A DNA stretch of 46,297 nucleotides from NCBI GenBank assembly GCA_002269645.1, contig NIVC01001073.1:1-46297 (forward strand). The letters run 5' to 3'. The notes below the pieces were generated by a model. That model was given only the letters and a program-made list of their open reading frames with translations. It ran no database searches and had not been told where the DNA came from. This DNA comes from Macrostomum lignano (lineage: Eukaryota). This document shows positions 30,963-43,926 of the stretch, one piece after another; position 1 is the stretch's first letter; every line of letters starts with the position of its first letter. The translations under genes and the position numbers were made by a program.

Positions 30963-33856
30963 AACAGGCTTTTTTTGAAGAAAATCATAAATGAATAGAT
31001 TTTTAACAGATTAACTAGATTGACTAGTCACAATTCACAAAGTCAAGCTAGTCTTAACCTTAATTAAAATAGAAGGACCTAAATTGATAGTTATAGGCCT
31101 AGCTTAAAATAGGCCTAATATTAATAAGCATACATAAATAGATAGGACTAATAGGTAGGACTAAGAGGAAATTATGAACTTCTAAAGGCCTATTTAAGTT
31201 TAAAAAATGAGTAGCCAATCTATGGACATGGCCATGGGATTCCTAGAAATTGGATAAGCCTAAATAAATTTAACATGGATGGATTTTACCAAAAGTATTA
31301 GGCCTATCTATGATGAAATACTGATTTATCTAATTTCTAATCCCATGGAGGCCATGGCCTTATAAGTTATTGCCTATAGGCTACGTCTACTAAAATTTTT
31401 AAGGTGCTTAAATAGCCATAAACAAGGCAATTTATCTTTCAAGGCCTTGAACCAAGACATTGACAAATATAATAAATAAAATAAATTTAATTTTAAAAAG
31501 CACGAAACGTTTTTTATTGTTCACTTCTATTTTGTCTATTTTAACAAACAGTATCTTATTTTCTGATTATAATTTAGCTTTAAGATATTAATTTTTACTT
31601 AAAAGCATATAAATATAATAATTATTATAGTAATTTCATAAAAACGTCTGAATGTGGTGTATCACAGTTTTTTTATCGAAGTGGATTCCATGTTGAATCA
31701 ATATACGCTTATTTCTTATGAATTCCTTGTAAAATCCACATCAACATTAGGACAGTAAAAATTAAAAAATAATGCATAAAAAATACTTTGCATACCATTA
31801 TGTCATCTTTAAGTCATTAATTTGCAAAAATTAAGGAAACATTTAAATTCCACATGGCCACGTGGAACCCACGTGGAATCCATGAATCATTTTTCACTGG
31901 GTACCCACTCGGCTAGATCCCATGTGAGCCTATACTTGAAGAATGTTTACTAGCTCAAGCGTCCAGCAGGAGCGACCCCCCGGCCGTTTCTATATTGCAA
32001 CGGTAGCTATAGGCCAATCGCGGCCTATTGGTGAAAATACGCTATGTGGATTCGTACCAGCAAACGTGAATTTGAACAGCTCATCAGGGATCGAGACCAT
32101 GTAAATCGAAGTCGATTAAAGCTGCACTGCGATTGCTACGAAACGTCTGATGTCCAACTCGAAGAATGCAGTGCAATTTTGGATGGAAAAAAGTCTTGAG
32201 AGTGTCGTTAAGTGAACGCGGGCCAAGCCCAATCGATTAATTTCAACTTCAAGGACTATAGTGTGACCATCAATCATAGAACAATTAATTTGCGCATTAC
32301 TGGCGATAACTCTTTGAACGAAGTCTTCACATGAAGTGCGTGCTAAATGTACTCTGTTAAACAGTTGCAGAGATATTTTGTGTTTGTTTGTTGTCTAAGG
32401 TAAAGTTGTTCGCCAATTAATTAAACCCTCGACTCAACACGTGGGAAATTGTTCTACACGTAAAAATTCCGTTTGACTTTCAAAATCAAACTGAGAAAGG
32501 CAATAAGTTTTATCTTATAAAAACAGGGACATAACGATTTTTCGGGAAATAATGTCTTGGAAATCGTTATATAGCCCTCGTATGTTTTATGTTTTCTTAA
32601 ATCCCGCTAAATAAAATGACTTTATATAGTGGTTTAACTGAGCATAACCTCAACAGTAGGAACTGCTTTAACTCAGAGATTTATGCCATATCTTTTTGCC
32701 GCTAGGCAGCTAAATAAATAGGGAATAAGGGTGTTACGAGAATATATTTAAAAATCACCTAGCACCTGATCTGGTGCATCTACTCGTAATACACCTGCTT
32801 GCATCGTTTCACATGATAAACTCCATCTTTATCCTTCATAATCCTGCATTTCGCCTGGTATAGCAACTCCTATATTTTAAACCCTAAGCTGTAAATGCGC
32901 CTTCGATGTGGCAGTAGAACTCGATGCTACCTGCGCTGCTACCTGGGGATTAAGCAGAAAATAGAAACGATACCTGACAATAGGCTCTAGGCGAGCGGAA
33001 CCATTGCAGTAAGCATCGGGATTAAATTCATAGAAACTTCGGTTCTTGATCGAAATGCAAAAGCTATTTAAGCTTCCCACACAACTTGCAGCCACACCGA
33101 CTGTACCCGGCCATGTTTCCAACATTTACACACTGAATTCTATGCGAGACTATCTGTCAACCCCAGCTTCCATACCCTTGCACCAAAGACATCTGTTCAT
33201 TTTCATACACACACTCCATCTGAATTCCCCAGCAGCCAATATCAGCAATTCTACAATATTAGTGAGGCTCCAAGCATAAGCAACACCAATTGGCAGGCCT
33301 ACAAAAAGCGTTCTGATTTGAACTTTCAGCTTTGCACAGCTTACCTAAACTGTGCTGTTGCTTAGCTTTGCCGCTCCGTACAATTTCAGCTGCATAGAAG
33401 TTGGTGAGGACCCAGAAAGTCTGCAGATCCGCTCGGATGTTGTTGACGCAGTCGTTTCCAAATACTGTGCGGTTTCGGAGTGGAGGAGGAAGACGGGTGC
33501 AAATCGGATGGAAGCCCAGGGGCTAACAGCATAGTCTGCAAGATCCAGGATGAGGGAACCTCCCCACCTTTTGCTCCGACATTTTCTTCCAATATTCCAA
33601 CGAAGCCGTCTATCCCACCGTGGCCTGCCAAGCCGCACACTGGTAGTACTTTCACAAGCTTGGGTCCCACAGCCTTCCGCCAGACCCATCAGAAATCGTG
33701 CGCCCGGCCCGACCGCAACGATTGACCAAACGTGAAGAGGCGGAAAACGAACGGCAAAAAATGCAGCACATTTAGGCGACGGCTTGCAGGCGGAAAAGAG
33801 AATTTGCTTGAAGCAGAGTGGGAAAGAAGTAGGCCTGTTGAATAGACAATAAGGTT

Positions 33857-34819
33857 ATGTCCTCGTCTCCATCACCAAATAGCCCCACTGTTGGCAGGCA
33901 GCAGCAGCAGCATCAGCAGCATCATCAGCAATCGCAACCTCAGCAACAGCAACCTCAGCATCCTCCAATTGCTTCATCATCGACAGTAGCAACTCGACCT
34001 AGAAAGCGCGCCGGAGTTGGCGGCAGTGGCAGCGGCAGCGTCGTCAACCTATCTAGTCCGATGTCCTCCGGTGGCGCTGGTCTGGACTTTCGCCAGGACA
34101 GCCTACTGTTCAGCGACGTCACCCTGCTGGCCGGACCCGAGAGGCAGCGACTCCGCGCCCACCGGATTCTCCTGTCGTTGTGGTCGCCCGTGTTTCGAGC
34201 CATGCTCACTAATCCGTGTCAGGAGCAGCAGTCGCAGACAATTAGCCTACCAGAGGACGCCCCAGAAACAGTGGAATTGATGTTGCGCGCCATCTACACG
34301 CCTGGAGGCTGTGAAATCGACTACGCCGGCGCGCTAAGCCTCCTACCGCTGGTGCACCGGCTTCAGGTTGAGCCGCTGGTGCGCGACTGCGAGGAGCGTC
34401 TCCTGCGCAGCCTGAAGGACGAGACGGTGTTTGCTGCACTGGAGCTGGCCGATCGTTTCGACCTTGGCGCCCTGAAGCGATACGCCACCGACTTTTGCTG
34501 CGCCCTGCCAGTGGAGCTGCTCGAGTCCCGCGCCGAGGAGCTCGGCCTGTCTTCCGAGACTCTGTCCCTCATCTTGAAGAAGAAGATTCGCCACCTGCAG
34601 AGCATGGTCGAAGAAATCTACCTATCAACCAAGCGCTCGGTAACCCGGGTGGAGGGCAAGATACAGAAGGTGCCGCTGAATCACTGCGCCGAGCACGACC
34701 TGCCAAGGCTGGCTTCGGTTGACGATATCTGCGGGCAGTGCGCCGCCTGCACTATCGGTTACTTGCAGGAGCTCTGCTCGAAGGCTCTAAACAAAGACTT
34801 GGCTCACTCTTCCACTTGA
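33857..34819 (+). CDS. BTB/POZ domain protein, single exon
   Basis: FSDVTLLAG..RLRAHRILLSLWSPVFRAML...ISLPEDAPETVELMLRAIYT, followed by BACK-like helices; polyQ N-terminus. Confidence 0.9.
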   Translation: MSSSPSPNSPTVGRQQQQHQQHHQQSQPQQQQPQHPPIASSSTVATRPRKRAGVGGSGSGSVVNLSSPMSSGGAGLDFRQDSLLFSDVTLLAGPERQRLRAHRILLSLWSPVFRAMLTNPCQEQQSQTISLPEDAPETVELMLRAIYTPGGCEIDYAGALSLLPLVHRLQVEPLVRDCEERLLRSLKDETVFAALELADRFDLGALKRYATDFCCALPVELLESRAEELGLSSETLSLILKKKIRHLQSMVEEIYLSTKRSVTRVEGKIQKVPLNHCAEHDLPRLASVDDICGQCAACTIGYLQELCSKALNKDLAHSST

Positions 34820-35770
34820 ACTCGGTCCGAGTCTTGATTGAAGTGCTCCATTTTAATGTCAAATTTGTCGAGTTTTTGGAGTTAAATGCCCTACCATACC
34901 GATGTGGTATTTGATAGAATCCTTGGTACGAGCTATCTGACCTTCTCTAGTTTTCCCACCGGCCATGCGTGATTGATGAAAATTTCTCTACAGATTTACA
35001 TTATGCAAACCTTTGCTCATTTTTGCTGCACGTTTTTAGCCTTTTCCATTTTATTATTTCAAGTATTGTTACGAGAGATTCCCGCCTCACACAAATGCAA
35101 TTTTGCTGGAGGAACTTTAGCTGAATGCAAAGGTCTTTAGCAAGATTTCAGTCTTGAAGTTGCCTCCTTCGCACTTTGCCTGTAATCCGATGTAAAAAAC
35201 TTTTCACCTAATTCATTGTCGCCCATAATTTGCTACCTTCTAATAGTTCGCGACTTAGTAGGCCTAGCGTTTGTAAAAAAATATACTGAAGCATTACTAA
35301 ACACGCCAGTCAAATAAATCGTTTCCATTGAACAATGAGTCACTTTAAACGATATTGCATGCAAAAACCTATCCAGACTCCGTATAGTCATGTTGTTTAA
35401 TTTTTCACTTGGAGTGATGGAGTAGGATATTCACCATGAGCTGATAAACTTGCTTAGGATAGTAGACAACATTAATAAAAATTGTTTTGTTGCGATGAAC
35501 CTTTGATGGAATCAAGCAAATCAAAGAAAAATATAATATATTGCCTTAATGAGCCAATGTAGAATTGATTAACTGTATGCGACGCTATACAATCGACAAA
35601 AGGTGTGGCCGGATAATCCCGAGTCAAAAGCGTCCCTGACACGAGTCACAGCTAGCAAAGTGATTTGCACATGAAAAGAAAACAGTATCCAGAATCAGAC
35701 TGTCAAAAAGTGCGACCACCTTCCTAAACATCACGTGGTCCAATAGCTTGCTGGAACAATCAGAGATCAC

Positions 35771-36949
35771 CTAGCAAAGACTTTCGTCTTCTACATGTAT
35801 ATCATCGTCAATGAACGGCATCAATGGCAGCAATTGCTGTGGCGACGATAGCGTTGGAGACGGTGTCGGAGCCAGCGTGTCTGGCACGCGAGGGACCACC
35901 GTCGGGTTGTTTACGAGCTCCACAACGTCAGTTAGCAGCGTGTCCCATTGCCCGCCAGTGTCTGTACGGCCGCCGAATTCGCCCAGCGTAGTGACTGCGT
36001 CTTCGGCTGTCGATCCGCAGATGATGCATTCATTATTGTCACTTCCGTCTACTTCAGCAACGAGGCTATTTCCTTCGTTTTGAGCAGTCTCATGAGCCGC
36101 TGCGGGTGGTACGAGCACTACGGTTTGCCGTCTGTGCCGTCGTCTGCCTCCGGCAATGGCGTCTCCTCCGCAGCCGCCACAGCCAGCCGGCGCCGATCTC
36201 AAACAAAACTGACCGAGAGAGCGTCGTAGTTCCGCCTGAATATTGCAGTTTAACAGGCCGTAGAGTAGCGGATTTAGGCAGGCGGACAGCGGGATAATCA
36301 GCAGAGGTATCCATCTAGAGATCGCCTCGGTCGTGGCGCTGTCGTTTGATTGCGCCTCGTAGTGACGCAGGTTAGGATACGTTGATACGTTTCCCTCTCC
36401 GCTGTCGTGCAGTGAAGCAAATAGACCATACAGGTCGTGTCTGACGTTGCTGAGCGTCAGAGGCAGCCAAGCGATGGCGAACACCAGGATGATGAGCGCC
36501 AGAACGAGGTTCGCGCGTCGGCTCCGGCGCCATTCCTGCTCAGCTCGTCGGCGCTGATAGGCGGTGAGATTTGGCGAGGTTCTACGACGACGGACGCGGC
36601 CGTTGAGCCGGTGGCAGACAATCCCGTAGGCAACTGTCACTGTGCACAATGGCACCAAGTACTGGACTAGCAATGCCAGCCCGCTGTAGCCCAGCTTCCA
36701 TAGCTTCATCCGCCAGTCTAAGACTGCTAGCTCCGTACAGAGCAGTCGCAGCCCAAGCGGCGAACGGAACTCAACGATCTCGGCAAACCAGGCAAGCGGG
36801 CTGGCCAGAAGCGCGGCCAGAATCCAGACGCAGACGATAGTCCTAGCGGCTTTGCCGCGGCCACTCAACCGGCTGCGGCCTGTCGAGATTGACGTCGACG
36901 ATTGACCGAGCGTCCCGGGCCGACTGTTTCGGCGAGGTCCACGGAGGTA
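35771..36949 (-). CDS. NPY/NPF-receptor-like class A GPCR, exon 2 (TM4-TM7 and C-tail)
   Basis: Acceptor TTCCAG before 36949; WILAALLASP, QYLVPLCTVTVAYG, FAIAWLPL, SACLNPLLYGLLN. Confidence 0.85.
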   Translation of the reverse strand, partial: YLRGPRRNSRPGTLGQSSTSISTGRSRLSGRGKAARTIVCVWILAALLASPLAWFAEIVEFRSPLGLRLLCTELAVLDWRMKLWKLGYSGLALLVQYLVPLCTVTVAYGIVCHRLNGRVRRRRTSPNLTAYQRRRAEQEWRRSRRANLVLALIILVFAIAWLPLTLSNVRHDLYGLFASLHDSGEGNVSTYPNLRHYEAQSNDSATTEAISRWIPLLIIPLSACLNPLLYGLLNCNIQAELRRSLGQFCLRSAPAGCGGCGGDAIAGGRRRHRRQTVVLVPPAAAHETAQNEGNSLVAEVDGSDNNECIICGSTAEDAVTTLGEFGGRTDTGGQWDTLLTDVVELVNNPTVVPRVPDTLAPTPSPTLSSPQQLLPLMPFIDDDIHVEDESLC

Positions 36950-37054
36950 CTGGAATTGGTTAGAACGTAAAACGGATATCCATAGCATATAGGTCGCAGT
37001 TTTATTATACCTAAATTATATCACAAAGCCCAAAAACCCCGTACTTTGACATAC

Positions 37055-37552
37055 CAGCAGACGATCGCAGGCAATGGCCACAATGGCATACGTAGACACA
37101 AAGGCGTTCAGTCCAGTCAGTGTGTTTACCAGCTTGCAGGCAGCCTGGCCGAACGCCCAGCCGTTGTAGCGCTGAAACAGCTTCACCAAATTCAACGGCT
37201 GAGTGAGGCCGCACAGTGTCAGGTCGGACAGGGCCAGGTTGGCTATGTACAAATTCCTAGGCGTGCGCAGGCGCCGATTAGCCAGCACAATGTAGGCTAC
37301 TATACCGTTGCCGCAGGCGCCAACCAGCATCAGTGCGGCGTACGCGGCGGCCACGACACGAAGTGTGGGCAGGGCGCGCCGCTCAGCTTCCTCAATATCG
37401 AATAACTGACCTCGAACTGCCGCAGCAGACTCCGTCAGGTTTTGGCACTCTAACAGGCGCAGCAGAGAGGCAATGTCCAAGGGGTCGAACTGAGCCGGAT
37501 GGGCTAGAAGTAGCCAGGAACAATTCGGTTGGTTTATTGCTGTTGACATCAT
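37055..37552 (-). CDS. NPY/NPF-receptor-like class A GPCR, exon 1 (TM1-TM3)
   Basis: GACGN, RTPRNLYIANLALSDL, WAFGQAACK, AIACDRL; phase-0 donor GTATGT at 37054; 105-bp intron. Confidence 0.88.
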
Positions 37553-38722
37553 TGTGCTATCAGCCTTCCCAATGGTTGAAAATATTGATAGCTACCTGTA
37601 GCTTTTCAGAAAGCCATCATTTTCCTCGGGTTCTTAAATACGAGCGTAAATGTAAGCATAAAAGCGCGAGTCTCTTACGGGCTTGATTGGCCGAGCCCAG
37701 CCAATGTGCTCAGCCTACGGATCTCTCCATGCAGCCTTTCCCTGGCAACAAATGAAATCCCACGGAATGCTAACGGTAACGGAAGTTTAAATAAATAAGT
37801 CACAGAATCACAAATGCGTGGATAAATGAGAAAAATAACTTTCAGCTCATAATATAGAAGTTTTTAATTAAGTCCCAAATTCCGCTATTCAGCGTCACGC
37901 GCCGATGGTCCTCCGTAGATTTTTGCTTATTGCGCGGGGTCGGAATATGAAAGCAAAAATATGATAGCTTCCAAGTTGAAAGGGGCTTGCTTTGTTGACA
38001 TCTGCTGATCAAATATCGTATTGCATAGCTAGTCATGAAATCTTTGCACCTCACGATGGAGATCGGGAAGAAGTCTTCTCATTCTCTAAATATCATCATT
38101 CATATAACGTCAGCGTCGGCGACGCACCTCCTGTACCGACAGTGGGCGTTTCGTCGACTGCAGCTGGAGTCGCCGACGATGTAGAAGGTCGCTTGGATGG
38201 GCCTGGCAATCGATATATTTCCACACTGGTACACTCGTTCGTCGTCGATTTTGAAGGCGGCGCGGAGCTCAGCAGTAAAGGACGCATGCCTTTATCCGTA
38301 CTACTCACTGGCAGCACTGGCAGCAATAAACTGATAGATTCTAGTCAAATACCCTCACTGCTGACACAGATCACTGTTTAAAATGCACGGAGGTATATCA
38401 ATGGTACAAACTTGACGTTGTTACTATAGCAGCTGTGATTCACCGGCCACTTGGGAACCCCACACCTGCCGTCCTGACCAAACTTACAGTTCGAAACGGT
38501 GCGTTTGAGTTCTGCCACTCCTATTCGTTAAAATGCAGCAGAAATCGGAATGTAAGTACTCGTAGGAAGGGGCACCCCTAAGAACGTAAAATCTTTTTAT
38601 TCATCGAATTGAATTCCCAATGGAATTTAGTCATTGAGCTCGTAATGTGCTACACAGCTAGTATGTGGCTACACTCGTAAGCCAGCTAAATGCACAGAAT
38701 ATACTGTGTGGCTAAATGAAAG

Positions 38723-38855
38723 TTATTTCCGTTTATTTATTTCTTTGGTCTGAAGCAAAAGCAGAGGACTCGTTTCTTGGCCGAGGCGAAGCCGAGGCCT
38801 GGATGCGAGTCCGAAGCTTATGCTTCAGACCAAAGACTAAAATAAACGGAAATAA
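38723..38855. repeat. Long imperfect inverted repeat around GCCGAGGCGAAGCCGAGGC
   Basis: Arms TTATTTCCGTTTATTT..TCTTTGGTCTGAAGCA / TGCTTCAGACCAAAGA..AAATAAACGGAAATAA. Confidence 0.85.
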
Positions 38856-40682
38856 TATACTGTCAAGCCAAAAAACTGGTTAACAACTGCTCGCTTTTCT
38901 AAAACATTATAATCTGTAGCTTGTACGTGTATTTCTTTGAGTACTTTTTGTGGCTCATTCCTTTGCCTTATTTATTTGGATCGTTTATTTGGCCGGGACA
39001 AATAAAACGGCTTTTACATTCGACCATAGACTTATTCGGCGCGGCCAAAAGAGGTATAAGTATATAATGCGCCGAGGCCTGAGAAACGAGTTTGAAGTCG
39101 TTCTGGCCATAGACAAATGAATAAACGGGAGAGATAGTATTTTTCCACAACTTGGCTCGGTCTGTTGTTGTTGTCAGTTCCAAATAAATCGTTTCTTCGT
39201 CCGGGACAAATAAATATTTCTTCGTCCCGGACAAATAAATGCTTCAACACTTGACCATAGACTTATTTGACCGGGACAAGTGGGGGATAAAAGTAAAATC
39301 TTTAGTCAAGCCAATTTCGTTCGGAAGTACAAGAGCGCTATTCTTTTTCAAAACGAATATAGCACTCGGCCGGTACAGGTTAAATTTAGAAAGCCCACTC
39401 TGTTAATTTGCTCTCTGAGGCTGGGCAAATATTTAAACATTTGGGTTTCTGATCTTCTACATGCATTCCATTGAGTCTGGATTGTTCAAACTCTCAGACG
39501 ATGCGCCCTGACTGGAATGGTCAAAATTGACCTTCATCCGTTATTCTGACGGATTAGCAAATATATACAATTAGCAAAATATATACAAGTAAACTTGATT
39601 GCGTCAATCTTGTTGTCATGATTGTTTTAGATTTTTGTTTAGAGGCGCTGCCTTGAGCGCCAATATTTAGCAATCGATATTTTCGTGGGGTGGATTTGCG
39701 CCTGATAAACAAGAAGCGTGCAAGCTGATTGGCTGCAGGGTGACGGGGGAAGGCATTGTACAAATGAGGGTCAGAGTGTTAACGGTGTACGGCCAACAAT
39801 TATGTTGGGGGAGGGGGGTGAGGCAGAGGAGCTCAGTGATTCACCGCGTCTGTCTTGCATGTACATGTCAGACAATGCGAAAGTCTGGGCCGTTAACTGT
39901 GATGATGTTAGAAGTTCAAACTATGCGCAAAATTAATCGCTAAGAAAGATTGCTGACAAATTCTACTACTGGAAAATATAGTAGTCAGTAGTGCTATTAT
40001 GATGCTTGCATAGATTGTAGGAAATGCATCAAAAGCAAACGAACAGAACGCGACAAAAATCCAATAAATCGGTATATTTGAAACCGCTTATAGCTGGAAA
40101 TAACTTAAGGCAACATTAACTTTCAGTGAAAGTATAGATATGCGTATAGTCTTTTAAGCGTCATTACAAAAGCATTTAACTCAAAAACGGAAAATTGGAA
40201 AAACTTAGTGGAATGTCGCTCACAGCGAAGAGGCAGGGTAATTACGAGCCGGTAATATTCCTTTGTGGCCTAGCTTAAATCGAAAGAAAGTAAAGGGACA
40301 ATTAGCTTAATAAATCATCTTCTTTGACCACAGATTCCTCAAGCATTGTATCAGTAAATACTTTGTAACATTTTGTTCAATAAAGTCAGCTAGATGCAGT
40401 CATCCTCTATATACGTAGTATCGTTTCGATTTAGATGTTTCAGTAAAGTGTTCTACACCTTGATCTGCGGCAAGGTTTCTAATTAACTATTCGTAAAGTA
40501 ATTAACCTAAAATCGCCACAGGGTCCTTTAGCTATTTGAAGTACTACAGCAGCTGACTCCGATGGGAAAGCTACGGCTCGTATACAGTTATCAGTAGCTA
40601 TTCGATAAAATTCATTGACTTTGTAATCAGTGTTAAATTAAAGCGTTTTGTACCTTAATTGACGAGTTTTGCGGATAGGGCG

Positions 40683-40790
40683 GACTGTTCTAGACGGGGG
40701 CGGATGCTGTTCTAGACGACTTAGATGCTGTTCTAGACAGGGGTAGATGCTGTTCTAGACAGGGGTAGATGGTGTTCTGTATGCTGTTCG
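40683..40790. repeat. ~22-bp degenerate tandem repeat (GATGCTGTTCTAGACAGGGGTA)
   Basis: CTGTTCTAGAC recurs 4-5 times. Confidence 0.8.
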
Positions 40791-43533
40791 CGACTGTTAG
40801 ATGTTTTATCTGTCTAGACTTAATTTCCAGCTTTCACAACGAATAGAGAAATTTGTTCTCTAGAGTCTCTACTTGTGTAGTACGCTTAATTTCAGTCACA
40901 ACGAATAGAGAAATTTGCTCTAGCTCGTTATGTGGTACGAACCAAATAAAAGGTTGTTATCAAAAATGATTCAGCCAGCAAATATTTCGTATTAAGACTC
41001 TAAACACTACAGCGAGTTTTCTATAGATCCATTGCTGCGCGCACTTTGATCTGTATATGTTTTGCTTTTTAGTCCGAGCAGAACTAAGCTAGCAAGCAGC
41101 CTCAGGGCCCGGCAGCTTCACCCATCCCTGCCACTTGAAGCAGCCAGAAAATGCAGAACTGGCTTTCTGTAAAAGCGTTTCTGCATTCGCGCGCGTTGTG
41201 TGCGCGTGGAGCCTGCGAACACGCTAACCAGCCCGATGCGAAAATATGGTACAGAGTTCGTCTATTTGCTTTTTTATACCCGCTATTTTCTCAATAGGAC
41301 GGCTGCTGGACTCATTCAGTTTCTGCTTTTTCTGCTCTTAGTTTTCTACGCTACTAGTGAGATAGAGAGGCTGACTGCCGGCCGGTTTTTGCGAGTTGCT
41401 TAGAGATGCTTAGCAAGAGTACATCCATAAGGTACTGCAATTGCTAGAGACCGTATGGGGTTAGAAACTGACGGAGACGGCTTGAGACCGTGCTCGCATC
41501 CCATTCATCCCGACTCCGACAGTTTCTACTCCCCTACAGGCTCAGAGAGCGGGGTTGGCTCTGCTTGCCTCAGCTGGCAGTACCTGATGAAATACTCAAG
41601 CCAGCCTCACTTGATGCGGCAAACTTGCATCCGGAGAAGTTGTGACGAGAGAATTGCCAAGTATAATAAGATATAGGGATGGTAGGTACATACCTGCAGT
41701 CTCTTCGATTCTTAGTCTGTTGTCTTTCGGGGTCCAGCTTCCGTCGTAGGCGGCGTTTTGCCCGCTGCCTCATCCTCGGGCGATGCTCCTTAAGTAGCTG
41801 CCAGGCCGGCCCTCCGCTGCCTTTTTTCAACCCTCAGGAGCTGGGGATCGGCCGCACGAAGAGCAGAGAAAGAAAAGCTTAGCTATGAGACTGAGAACAG
41901 TAACCGGCGTGTAATTACAGAAGCCACCGGTGCACACAAAAGACTGCCACACCGGCCTAAGGTCTCCCCCAAATGATGATGGAGTCTCCTCCCAGCCTCC
42001 CTGCCCCATCCATGTTCTCCCCAGTAATGAGAAGAGAAAGGAGGCGCTCGGAACGGCGACCGCATCGGCTTGGGAGAGATTGAGCAGGGGGGAGTAGGGG
42101 GAGACGCAATAGGTAGAGATGGGATTGCATCCCGAAGTTCTTTACCGACCGATGCCCCTATCCGAGGCCCGATCCCCATCATAATCCCTTGCAATCGCCC
42201 TCGCATGCACGCGGTTACTTTTCTCCCCGCAGTTTCCCATTAAGTCTTAGCAACTTCGAATCCCAGCTGACCGAAGCTCTATAGTCGTCACGATGAGGAG
42301 GAGAGGGGAGCCCGCCCCATGCAAGCCCAACCATAGAAAGTTGAAATTCGAGTCTTCTTTGGAGGCTGATTGCCAGTCAACTGATTAGCGAGCGAGGAGA
42401 GAAGACTGAATGAGGCAAATCGAAATTGGAGAGCCACGGCGGGACTCTCATTTCCCAATAAAGCTTGAGTCTCAGTTTTGTTGTCGTTGATACTCTCACT
42501 CTCTTGATTGATAATTATTGGAGGGAAACTGAGTCGACACTATCCCCCCCAGTTCGCCGCTCAAGTCTGAATCTTCTCCGGGCAGGTTAATGAAGAGGGT
42601 TTTGCTCAGGTAGAATAGAAAGTTGATAGGGAGGGATTAAGGTGGAGGACAAGGCGGGTCGGTGAGTGACGGTTGAAACTGACTGGAGCCGGGAGGCTGC
42701 GTTGAGCAGGATGCGGCATTTTCCCGACACCCTATTAATGATTTCCCATCATTGTTCTGTTCCTCTCTCACCTTATAGGATAGGCGGCCCGGCTGCAATC
42801 TCACACAGCGCTCATTATTCAGGATCATCTGAGGACAAGCTGTCTCGGTCGCAGTGGACCGCCACATCCTTGGAGCCGCTCGCCAACGCGCTTAGTGTAA
42901 CAGCGCTTTAAGAATGAACCGCACTACAGCTGATGCTACTGCTGCAGAGACACTCCTGCTTCAGCCGCCAGAGCTGCCCCAAACTGTACGCTCATGGGAG
43001 AGAGCGGCAAGGGAAGAAGCTCAGCGGGGGGAGAGATGATGGCTTGTGGAAAATTCTCAAGGTCACGCAGAGCGGGCAATAGCGCGCACAGTGGACTGCA
43101 AGCCCGGGCTAAACAACGCCCACCCCCGCCACTCTTACCTACTCCCAGGCCAAAATTGCGAAGGCATAAAATAAATGTCTGGAAATTCTTAGGCAAAGCA
43201 GAAATTGGCTGCTCTTCTTGCTAATTTCTGTCAGCATTCAGCAACGACTAAAGAGTAGACAATAAAGCAATTCAAGATTCTATCTGCGGTTATTTTGGCA
43301 ATAAGGTAAATTTAAGACACTTGGTAATACTCTCATATGATTAATATTCGAAATTGGTGGCAGCTAAGACTCAGATCTGATTCGCACCGATATTTATATA
43401 TGCATGAGCTGCTCTGTGACTGGCTTCTAATGCATTATTTATCAGTCTTAATACAAGATCTAATTGTAGCACCTTTATAGTCTCCGGTGTGAACTGTAAT
43501 TTTCTGACCTGTAGCTAGACTCGGTTATACAAT

Positions 43534-43718
43534 ATGATTTCCGATGTACCAACTCAATCAACAGGTGGTATGACGCTCAACTTTGACGATCTGCTGAAGC
43601 AGATTGGCGGATTCGGCCGAGCTCAGCTGCTCATCTTCCTGGTGCCGGCGCTGATTGCCATTCTCAGCGGATTTCACACCTTGGCGCCTATCTATCTGCT
43701 GTACACTCCCGAATACAG
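43534..43718 (+). CDS. First coding exon of an SLC22 (organic cation/anion transporter)-like gene
   Basis: FDDLLKQIGGFGRAQ...H....LYTPEYR is the typical SLC22 N-terminus; donor AG/GTGAGG at 43718/43719. Later exons were not identified. Confidence 0.75.
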
Positions 43719-43926
43719 GTGAGGATCGGGACTTATTGCGCTAGGTGGCTTGTAAGTATCTGCTTTATTGTGATTTTCATTAGTCATCTATGAAAAATGC
43801 TCAGCTCATCCCCGTTTTCCCGGAGCACGAGAACTTCCCCACGAGAAGTTTTCCCGACGAGATTTGCCCGCGCGAGCTTTTTCCGATGGGGTTTTCCAGT
43901 CGAAATTTCAAGCCAAATCCAGTCGG

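Larger units (their letters stand above)
28203..31901. mobile_element. 3.7-kb non-autonomous DNA transposon with CCCAGTG termini (CMC/EnSpm-like, inferred)
   Basis: Left TA-CCCAGTGAAAAAAATGAT..ATGGATTCCATGTGG and right CCACGTGGAATCCATGAATCATTTTTCACTGGG-TA; subterminal GGATTCCA/TGGAATCC repeats at both ends. Confidence 0.78.

Noticed and set aside
37992-38381. ORFs upstream of the GPCR (129 aa plus strand, 76 aa minus strand)
   Set aside because: Low complexity, with no motif and no clear splice link.
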